Source of the DNA: Zancudomyces culisetae HAW-14-8
Lineage: Eukaryota > Fungi > Kickxellomycota
Assembly (NCBI GenBank): GCA_052426225.1
Contig: JBNJNM010000006.1
Coordinates: 992,001-1,056,000 of the forward strand
Length of the DNA: 64,000 nucleotides
Direction: 5' to 3'
In this document: piece by piece, positions 53,920 through 64,000 of the stretch
Layout: each line of letters starts with the position of its first letter
How positions within the stretch are numbered: the stretch's first letter is position 1
Notes under the pieces: model-generated
Database searches by the model: none
The model's input: the letters and a program-made list of their open reading frames with translations, nothing else
What the model was told of the DNA's origin: nothing
Position numbers and translations under genes: made by a program

Positions 53920-54465
53920 TTAGTGACGACCTCCTCTGTGTCCACCTCTGTGACCCCATCTGTGACCGTGTCTGTGTCTGTGTCTTCTACCAAATCTATC
54001 AAAGTAAAAGCCATCATAGAATGGGTAGTATGATGGGTATGTTTCTACACCAACAACTCCTACTCCACCAACGGCACCAGCTCCGTATGCAGTGTTGACA
54101 GCTCCAACAGCTCCAACGGCACCAGCATCATATGTAGTGCCAACAGTGCCAACTGCTCCAACTGCTCCAACTGCTCCAACTGCTCCACTATCATATCCTG
54201 TTGCGACGGCTGCACCAGTTCCATAGGTAGTGCCAACAGCTCCGACGGCTCCAACGGCTCCAACTGTAACTGGTACTGCTACTGCGTATGCAACTGGGTA
54301 ATCGTACCAGATTCCATTTCTCCAGTATCTGTGTCTGTGTCTGTATCCTCGGTGGCCGTGACCGTGGCGGCCTCCATGATGTCCTCCGTGACCACCGCTA
54401 CGTCCTGCAATAGCGGTTCCAGCTGAAAGTGCTAATACGGCTAGGGAAAGGGTTAATGATTTCAT
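53920..54465 (-). CDS. Secreted Gly/Ala/Val/Tyr- and His/Arg-rich repetitive structural protein
   Basis: Signal MKSLTLSLAVLALSAGTAIA; (GAV)n core; TATATAAG at about 54545-54538. Confidence 0.85.
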   Translation of the reverse strand: MKSLTLSLAVLALSAGTAIAGRSGGHGGHHGGRHGHGHRGYRHRHRYWRNGIWYDYPVAYAVAVPVTVGAVGAVGAVGTTYGTGAAVATGYDSGAVGAVGAVGAVGTVGTTYDAGAVGAVGAVNTAYGAGAVGGVGVVGVETYPSYYPFYDGFYFDRFGRRHRHRHGHRWGHRGGHRGGRH

Positions 54466-57400
54466 TTTACTTTTTTTGAGTGGTTGATAATTCGAGGGAT
54501 AGGTTTTTCTGCTAAAATGGCAAAGAAACTAATTCCTCTTATATAGTTTTTTTTTGTATTTTAGAGTATCAAGATCCTAAACATACTACAACTATTGCTA
54601 ATTTAGACTATGCTTTTGTTGTAAAGGAGTTGGGGTTGAGTGCTTCTAGGTTGAAATTTTGTTATAAACCACAACATCACCTTGATGGTTTATTGCGCTA
54701 ACAACAAACCGTGAAAGTATTATTTTTAGTACAAACACTATTATGGTTATAGTACAGCCACGAAAATGCAGAACGTTTTGATTTATTTTGTTTAACAGCT
54801 AGCCGTCGTTTTTAATATTTCTAAACATAATTGTAAAATACATGCTCGTAAGAACAGTCGAACACCAACATATTTGACAAATTTCAATTGAGGTATAAAT
54901 ATGTAGAAGGTGAGCAAATGATAAAAGTAAAATAATAAGTAAAATAAAATGATAACAAGCATTCCGGAAAAAAGAAAAGAATTGAGAACAAATATTGTTA
55001 CAGGTTTTACAAAAGAAAAGCGTTCTAGCACTGTAAGTACAATACAGTTATTGTAAATTTGCTTCAAACGAACAATAAGAACATATAGATAACAATACAA
55101 TTAAATTTTTTTATTGTATATTATTAAATTTTTATTTTTCTGACCAAGTAATATTTATTTAGATGACAAAAAGTTCATAAAAATAACAATCAACTAAACT
55201 AAGTTCATCGCACCTTCATTCCAACTCTCTATAATACCAGGTATCCGAGGGATATTAGTTCAAGGGGAGTGGGACTACAATTAATACTTTCACTGCTAGG
55301 TAACAAGGTGAAAAAGACTTTGTTCAGAAACCTGCGTGTGGAAGCCACTGCTTTAGCTCAAGAGGTCTTAGTATCCCGAATAATTCCAAAAAGTTTAAGG
55401 TTTAACTCCTCCCTTCAAAAGCTTATTCATGATTTTCCTGCAAAACTCACTATACTCGAAAAACGTGTTAGTTAAAAAAGAACCAAAAATCTATAGATTC
55501 AGCAAGTAAATCATTTCCGTTTTCATCCTGTGATATTGAACTTAAAAGCATTGATTTGGTTGGTTGAAATGGTAAATTATTATTATTCAGGTGAATAAAC
55601 ACAATTATCCACACTGTCGGGCGTGATCGGGTAGATCACGTTCATTTGTCGGGTTTCTGAGGGATAGAAACTCCTGCTTGATCACTTCTTCGAGATCTCT
55701 AAATGGGCCAAGTGTCGATTCAGGTTCTACATACATGGACGAGACACCTGATCTTTCACTATAGGAAGAGTAGCGATTATCATTCCAGAACTGTTGGATG
55801 ATTGCCAAACAGAGTTTCTTCATCAGGCTTGACATTGAGGCTTTAGTTTTTATTTTTGTAGAAATTGTAGATTTATATTTCATAAATAAAGATGTTCTAA
55901 ATATTCCGATTACTCCATTTCTATAGAATTGATAAAATCTCTAAATATTCCTTATAGTACGCTCAAAATAAAAATAGGTAGGTAAATCGAAAAGAGTTCG
56001 ACTACTCGACTTGATATTCTTTATCCTGGGTTTAAAGAGAACCAAGAAAGTTTGAGCTTAAGTCATGTTCGCTTGGATTTGTTGAGCGTTTGGTACTTGT
56101 AATTTTGGTGATCATTTGTAAGAGTGTTACATCAATGCAGTGATACAGTTCAATTCGTTTCAGATTGATATTTGACAATGAGATCTCGGTTTGAGTGTGA
56201 TGTATATTACATAATGCCAGTACGTGTACAATTGTACTACAAAGTGATTTTTTATTTTTATTATGCGGCAGATCTGTATATCCTGTACTTTATGAAAACT
56301 TCTATCAATTGCAATTGTACTTCCAACTTTTTATTTTCTATAAATACTTTAATACGTTTAAATATTCTTGAATACTACTGCAACCGTAAAGTACACGTCT
56401 GTTGTCCTTTTTTTTCAACTCACAGTGACTAAACCAGCTGCCATTAGTTATCTATCATTGAATGTGCCTATTGATCTCAATACGATCAATTACCGAAAAT
56501 ACTAAGAATATTGGATATTGTCACAATTGAGCTATGTACTATTTGACTCTTTAGAAATGGTTAGTATTTTGGATAAGACGATATTTTATCTCTAAGGATT
56601 TCATAGCGAAGAAACATTTATTTATAGCTTGAAGCATCTATAACAATAGATGATAAATATATCAACAATAGTTTTGAATTAGTAATACTAAGGTAAATAA
56701 CTATTAGATAACTAAAGGTTTCATATCAACAAAATTTTGAATCTTGCTGTTGTAATATTGGTTCAAAATATAGTATGAAATATTCATGACACTCTGGCTA
56801 TATGTGCTTAAATCTTAATATATATTAAAGAGGCAGTCAAAAAAAGAAACGCTGAACAGTTACTGATGTTATGTTAAATCAAAAAAGCTTTGAAGTAAAA
56901 CTATTCTTACTGATGCTAGACTTCAGCATGGACTAACACATACATTGATGATTGATCAAATTGGTGTATTGCCTCGCGTAAAAACAATACTTTTATCCTA
57001 TCTGATGTTTTACTTTACTAAAATATGTCAGAATAGTTTTTATTATTATAATTAGTACAAAAAGAGTGTGAGTTTAGCAAAAAAAGAAAGTGGTGGCTTT
57101 TTCAACAATATTTTAACGAACACTTGAAAACCTAAATACATAATATCAAAACTCTCAATTTGAACTTGGGGGAGGGGGGTTAAATCTTCTAGGATTATTT
57201 ACGCAATGTGTTTGATTTTTTGATATTGATTTTAGGGTAGCATAGCTTGATTGCAGCTCAAACTCAAACCTTAATGATAAATTCTTAAAAGCGAATAAAA
57301 AATAAAAAACCCGTTTTAGTAAGCTTTTAAAATGGATATTGGAGTTAGTGGTGTATAGATTTTTGGAGGAAAGAAAACCTAAACAGTTATGAATTAAAAC

Positions 57401-58683
57401 TATTTACATATAATCATCACACCTATAACCGGTATCGTTTATTTTGTGTACTAAATATCCATGATATAATTTCACATAAAATACTATTGACACCAATATT
57501 TTTAGTGTTTTATTGCATTATGATGGCAAGATGTTTATATCATTTAATACATTCATATTAGTTGAAATCCAACGTTTTTTTCTATAAATAAATTTTTTTT
57601 ATTTACAAAAGCTAAATAACAGCCGCCACCCGAGAAAAAATGTTAATAATTTGTATCTGCAAATAAATCTATAATGTTTCGTTCAGTTCCCATCGCCCTT
57701 GCAGTGTAAATGCGATTTGAAATTGCATTGAACCAGTTACTTTATGAGATTTTTTCATTTGATATTTTTAATAATATATTAGTGATAAGCTAAACCACTA
57801 AAGCTATTATAAATACATCCAAAAAAGGAAAAACATTAACCTCAAAAATTATTTTTGAGATTTATAAACTGGTTGGGGATTTTCAATTTCAAAGTATCAT
57901 AATATTAATTTGTTAAAAAATACCGATTAGATGGGAAAAATAAAGGACCTTTACAAGGAGAAATGAACGGAAAAATTAGCGTTCAGAACAGTAAGTTATT
58001 GTTGACAATGCGATTATGACAGCCGGTTGTGGAACGCTTTTGCATCGAATTTGTAAAACTTTATGGTTGTTCAAAAATAAATAATGTAATAGCCTCTAAT
58101 GTACTTAGCATAAAAATATGAGATACATAATAATCAATGCCATAATTAGGATTGTTCAAGAACTACCCTTCCTTTCCAAAAAATATCCATGTACGAGCTG
58201 GAGAATGTGTGATAAAGTTTAGCAATTCACTTTTGTGTGTTAAATGAAGAAAAAGTATTATTACGTTTTTTCTTTTCCGTCTGTCAGTTTCCATCAACTT
58301 ATGATATTAGTGCCGCTTTTTTTTGTTAGTGGTGGATAAAAAAAGAAAATAAAGATATTACTCAATTTCGAATAATGTATATTCGGTTTAACCATTATTT
58401 TAAAGTATTAAGTACAAGATTTACTCATAATTACCACCCGGGTTATAAAAATAGAACAACGGGTGAAACATCTTTTAGTATAGTAGAAGTTTTAGCATCA
58501 GTTTAGTTTGATGCGATGAAAAAAAAGTATATAAACCATGAACTTTTGCCACAAAAAAACATCAACATCAACAATTACATCATAATCATCATCAATAACA
58601 AAACAGCTAGTGCAACAGCATTATAAGCAAAAAAAGGCATCATCATCATTTCAAAATACCAAAAAAGCAAAAGTAAAGAAAAA

Positions 58684-59211
58684 ATGGTAAAAATCACTTT
58701 AGCAGGAGTCTCAATTGCATGCGCAATACTTTCAACAAGCGCCACCCCAGTTCCTGGATCAGCTGTGGATGCAAATTTCAATGTCCAACCACCTATTTTG
58801 ACGCCACAGAATTATGGACTGGGTCAATACGCAAACCCGGTTGCTAACGGATATCGGAACGCACACATGAGAGCAGCAGTGGCAGCAGCAGGTATGACAG
58901 GACTTCCGCAGGGTACTCAACGCGCAATGACGCAAAACGCCAGGGCGGTTGCTCTTGCTGATCGTGGCCTTATGGGCAATTTTTTGGGAAACATTGGAAA
59001 TGGAATCGACAATACTATCAATACTGGAGTTAGTGCTGTAGTTGGAGCTAGTAATTTAATTGGCGGAGCAATTAACAATTCAGTAAATGGAGCTATTGAT
59101 AATTCACTAAAAAACGCCAAACTTATGAGTTGTCTTATTGATAGTGGATTGGGTAACAGTGAAGCTGTAGCCAAATTGATTGCTGAACTCGAAAAAGTTA
59201 GAAATCGATAA
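58684..59211 (+). CDS. Secreted Ala/Gly/Asn-rich protein of unknown function
   Basis: Signal MVKITLAGVSIACAILSTSA; TATATAAA at 58528; AAAATGG start context. Confidence 0.8.
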   Translation: MVKITLAGVSIACAILSTSATPVPGSAVDANFNVQPPILTPQNYGLGQYANPVANGYRNAHMRAAVAAAGMTGLPQGTQRAMTQNARAVALADRGLMGNFLGNIGNGIDNTINTGVSAVVGASNLIGGAINNSVNGAIDNSLKNAKLMSCLIDSGLGNSEAVAKLIAELEKVRNR

Positions 59212-60371
59212 ATGAGTCGCATTTATAAGCCCACATTAATTTCGGGCATCATTTAACTGTTTTAATTTGCAACTTGATTTACCTCTAATAAATTGCATTC
59301 ATGATACTAATAATTTGGCCTAATAATGCCTTTTCCTTACTCGAAAAATGTTAATTTGAATACCATTCGGAGATCAAATTAATTGGTACTGTAATAATAT
59401 TCTCATTAATGTTTAAAACATATTCAGAGTAACAAATAGATTAGAGATGATTTGAAGTATAATTGCTGCTTTTATTATTTATTTTTAACAACTAAAAAGT
59501 AGGATAACAAAAATAAAAGTGATTAGTTAATCATGCAATAAAAAAAAGATCAAAATATGTATTGTACCTTAATCGACAATTAAACTTTGGTTTTTACCTA
59601 GTAACCCAACTGTCACAACTATATGCAGATTTGGTTAGATAAATTGAATTTTTATTACGTTATTATAATCCTTATAAGCTAGATTCGATTATACTCGTTG
59701 AAAGCTCCAACATTCAATGTTTGCTCGTCATTATTTATATTGGACATGTAATAATAATTTTAATGGGTGCGTAGCATTAAGCAGTATTAGAAATTGTGGG
59801 TTTTATCGATAACCAATATTTTACCTGCTATTTTTATATTTAAACAAAAAGATTAATGTTTTTTGTTAAATATAATGAAATCTTGCTACTAATACTACGA
59901 CTATTATTATGCTTCAGTTTTCAGGTAAAATTAAGTTCCACCCAGTTCCATCCTAGACCAGCTCAAATGGTGGTAAGAAAATAACAAATCTGGAAAAAAC
60001 AATCGCTTTATACACTTTTGTTTTCGTTTTGCTTTGTTTTTAAAAAATATCTTATTCAATTGTTAACCATTAGATTTTGAAGGAGGTATTAGTATGAACT
60101 TTTAGTTTTCTAGAACTTCCTTGCGACTTAAACTCAGGTAGTTAAATTCCGAGCATTCGAAGATTTTCAAGAGTTAAGCATTTAGTATCTAGGAAAGTTA
60201 CCAAAATTAAGCAATAACAGGCAAAACATAGTTATATCTGGTTATTCACGCAAATTTAATTATTTTATATTAGTTAAATAAACACTATAAAAATACACAG
60301 GGTGTATAAACATGTATAAAAAATAAAAAATTCTATATATAAGTATACAATTCGTTGATACAATGAAAAAT

Positions 60372-61358
60372 CTATTCGTTGTAGGAGTTTTCTGAGATTT
60401 CATCATCATCATCACATACTTCATCCTTACGTTTTCGGAAAAGCTTGGATACCCAAACCTTCAAGTTATACCACTCTCTATCACTCTCCAGAGTTCTTTT
60501 AATAATCGGATCTGTAAAAAAAAAATACGAAAGCCCTAGCTCTATCAGTGTTGATGATACAAGTATAATCGTATATACAACGATCGATATTCTATACCCT
60601 GAAGCTTCAAAAATTGCACTCAACGCGATAGCCAGTAACACTGCAATAGGAATTATTGGATACCATAGGAGTCTAAAAAACATACGCCGAATAACTGAGT
60701 TATTGTATCTATGGTTGAGTTCGGAAAGTTGTGAACCCAGCTTTAATCGACCCTCAATTACGTCAACTGGTGGACTGTGTCGCTCTGAGACAGTGATAAA
60801 CAACATTATTAAAAATATGACTGACAGAATACCTCCAGCTAACTGTACCAAGTAATACAAAATTATCACTTTATTAAATCCAGTACCTGATGTTAATAAG
60901 AGATAACCACATTTTGTTAATAGTTCTTTGCCGCTTCTCGCTGCCAGTATAAATTGCAAAATCGACAGTCCAGAAAGTACGGCTGCAAGAATGTAGTATA
61001 CTATTTCAAGTAGTTCGACATTTTTCCGATGATACCTGAATATCAGCAACAAGTGGAATACAACCGCTACCATAACGAACACCTGAAATGTAGAAAAGAA
61101 TCCATATATTATTTTCAAATCTCTACAAAATTTCGAGCTCCCGGTTAGGTTGAGTAGAATTAAATACGCTGCCAGCCTACCGATACCTGTTGCTTGTGTT
61201 ATGACTATTTGTCTAATTATTATCCTATTTACTGTTTTTCTATCTATTAGGAGCAAAAGTAGATACCAACCAACCGTGGTTAGGCAGATACTTAATACTA
61301 TCGACAGGCATACTGTCCAGAGCACCCTTGCAGTAATTGTTCGCTCCTCTATTGCCAT
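60372..61358 (-). CDS. Seven-transmembrane GPCR-like protein (Git3/cAMP-receptor-like)
   Basis: Seven hydrophobic segments, Cys before TM3 and in ECL2, RRMFFRLLWYPII at TM6, FFTDP at TM7; ATG at 61358. Confidence 0.75.
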   Translation of the reverse strand: MAIEERTITARVLWTVCLSIVLSICLTTVGWYLLLLLIDRKTVNRIIIRQIVITQATGIGRLAAYLILLNLTGSSKFCRDLKIIYGFFSTFQVFVMVAVVFHLLLIFRYHRKNVELLEIVYYILAAVLSGLSILQFILAARSGKELLTKCGYLLLTSGTGFNKVIILYYLVQLAGGILSVIFLIMLFITVSERHSPPVDVIEGRLKLGSQLSELNHRYNNSVIRRMFFRLLWYPIIPIAVLLAIALSAIFEASGYRISIVVYTIILVSSTLIELGLSYFFFTDPIIKRTLESDREWYNLKVWVSKLFRKRKDEVCDDDDEISENSYNE

Positions 61359-64000
61359 ATTTTGCACATTATATTCTTTCTTTCTCTACTTTTTTTTCTT
61401 TTCTTTTCTATAAATTGGTTTGTTTTTTTCTATTTATTATCTTTCCTTGACGTTTCTACTATTATCGCTCATGATTTAGGCTTCGACTCTGATAATATAC
61501 TGTTGTTCACTTTACTAGTTTATACTAACTCTGCGATAATTATTATTATACGTGAATATAAAAATGTTTAAAAAGAAAGATAATGAACTGCTAGACAGTT
61601 ACTGATGGTTCTCAAATACACATGTTTATCCTCTATTCTGGTTTTTTTAATTATCCTTTTTCGCAGGTTGTTGGTCTGTTCATTCTCAAGAGGATGTATT
61701 GGTTTACTATTAACACTACACACAATTGCTTAGACATACGTGTACCATCTACTAAAATAATCTCACTTTATTGGTATTTACAATATGAACACAAATTACA
61801 ACCCCCCGCACATGTTTCTATGATCCACTAGTTGAGCGAAAGTATGTATCAGATATTTTATCTTCGATTCGTCTTTAGCTTTGACCAATGAGTATATACA
61901 TATTATTGGTTCGTTTTTTTTTGTATAAGCAAGGAGAGTTATGTTAATTGATGTATCGCAAAATAAAGTACATTTGCGCAAATACAGGCCTCTTATATAC
62001 AGTCATATCCGTATCTAGCTTTGAATAGAACACGACCACAACCATAACCATGACTAAAAGTAAACTTATGCTACATGCCTGGTTGCGTCCATCTGCTTTA
62101 TTTTTTTTAAAATGGTGCACTTTCTGCAACCTATACCAGAATACTCGCTTTGAACAATATTGAAATATATTTCCGATGCAGAAGTTCTCTGGATACCTAG
62201 AATTTATATTTTAATACAGTTAAAGCTGTACTATACAAAGACTAGCAATTAACAGGCTATTATTTCAGTCATTTTTTTCTATGGAATTTCAGACTCATTT
62301 GTCGATTATTGTTTTTGTCATCCTTATAGCCTTATAACCTTATAATGTGTAATCCAAGTGTGTTACCACTATATACTAGTTTTTGCATCTATTTCTTGCG
62401 CACATTCATACGCAAGCCTGTTTAAGCTTTTATCATTGTTTCCAGCATTCTCACTCTCACTTTCAGTCTCATTCTCATTGATTTCTCCTGTATTTTCTTT
62501 ACCCATGCTACCTTGAACAAACCTCTCGAAAAATGTGCATCTATTCATCTCTTTTTATCATTATGTTACTTTCTAGACTTGCAAACGCCTCAGTGATTTT
62601 TCTAATGCTGCATTGAATCTTAATCTTTCATGAATTGGTTTTTACCTACTCATTCCCATATGCGAATTTAAGAGTTTGATAAAAATTGTGCCAATGTACA
62701 TTTTATAGGACCCTTCCAACTTTTACATTCGAAGTATCATATTTGGACTTAATTGATCAGCATTTTTAGTTATACAAACATCACATCACCTTCAAAAAAA
62801 AATAGTAATTCATGACACGTATAAATTTACCCTCTGCTTCAGCGCTTTGATTTTTTAAACAACATTTCTACTAAAATATCTTTGATTGATATCACTGTAT
62901 TTTAGGTAGTATGCGTGTTTTTTGGTGAGTGTCATCTGCAAGCGGCGTAATCCATCCTGCGTGTTTGAATGAATGAAGTTTACCAATATGACGCTATGGT
63001 ATGTAATATGATTCGCCCTATACTGCGATCGTGTAATGTAAACCCGAATATCACGCCTCAAACAGGATTTTAATTTTGCGCCAACATTAACATATAATAA
63101 ACATAATGTTTGGGTGCTCACTTTTTTTATTTTCTTATAGAGCATAAAAAATGGAACTCAGGTACTCAAAAATACTTATGATTCTAGTTTTACCATATCC
63201 GGTGGTATTCAAAGATAAATAAATTCTGCATTTAGCAAAGTTAATGATAGCATATTCAAGTTTATAACGTGAGGTATATTGTGATTTGCATTGTACGAGA
63301 TAACTTGTATATGATAAGCGATAGTAGAATGCTAAACCTTTTTGCCACAAAACATTTTTTATGGGTAGATTTAATAGAATAATGACACAATTTAAAATCC
63401 TGGTCTTTCAAAGCAGCCCTTTTTGCAAAGAAAATTTCCATAACAAGGCTCAATAAAGTAGATTGCCAGAAATGTAAAAATACGCTCTGTTATGGTCATG
63501 ACCAACTATTGCTGCCACTTATAAGCATATAAAAATTTGTCACGTTATTTTTGTTACCAATTTGATGTCACAATCTCATAACAAAAATCAGCAATATCAA
63601 GTGCTGAAACGTGTTTATTGCCTTCAAAAAAATAATAAACCAGACCTATCATGAATGAAGCAGTCAAGTGTACACATCCAGAGTCAAAAGTACATTTTTT
63701 GATGCCAATTCAAGTTGCCAACTATGTAAAAAGCTATCTTGGCGGATTTTCCTGGCATATCTTGTGTATTTGAGTAGTTTAGATTCATTATCTAGAACAG
63801 ACTGAAAACCATTATAGTACACTAATAACAAAATTTATGACTGATATCACTAGAATTGAAAGGATACAGGTGTTACATTTGTACTGTCATACTATATGCG
63901 TAGTGCAGCCAGTTTATCTTTTTTACCAAAGTAAATGGATTTTGAATGTGAAAATAGTATCAATGAGAACGATGTATATTGCCACAAAACAGATTACTAG

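Overview
AT-rich fungal genomic DNA with short GT-AG introns. An early-diverging lineage such as Harpellales/Kickxellomycotina is a plausible but unproven guess. (1) Positions 1-20,672 are a gap-free stack of four Ty3/gypsy LTR retrotransposons from three related families: A (minus, truncated by the window edge), B (minus), and a C-D tandem (plus) sharing one LTR. The stack ends 4 bp upstream of an intact tRNA-Arg(ACG) gene. Interlocking 4-bp target-site duplications (AGGT, ACAA) indicate the elements inserted one after another at the 5' edge of this tRNA gene, so the array grew from one end in the order A, B, C/D. The elements are also unusual in themselves. The gag-pol ORF starts about 300-350 nt inside the 5' LTR and reads through the tRNA-Ser-type PBS (and in C/D on into the 3' LTR), and the LTRs are chains of stem-loops with compensatory changes between families. 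(2) 23.9-47.1 kb is a dense housekeeping block: CHY-finger protein, Mgr2/Romo1, a Ppn2/ApaH-like phosphoesterase, an OSCA/TMEM63 channel, an Rsc58/BRD7-like protein, an unknown membrane protein, a Gvp36-like BAR protein, a YML020W-like hydrolase and a Tul1/Dsc1 E3 ligase. Two convergent pairs have overlapping coding sequences. (3) 47.2-64 kb is a gene-sparse accessory region with three intronless secreted proteins, a 7TM GPCR-like gene and an orphan C1-THF-synthase fragment. All comparisons were made by eye; no searches were run.
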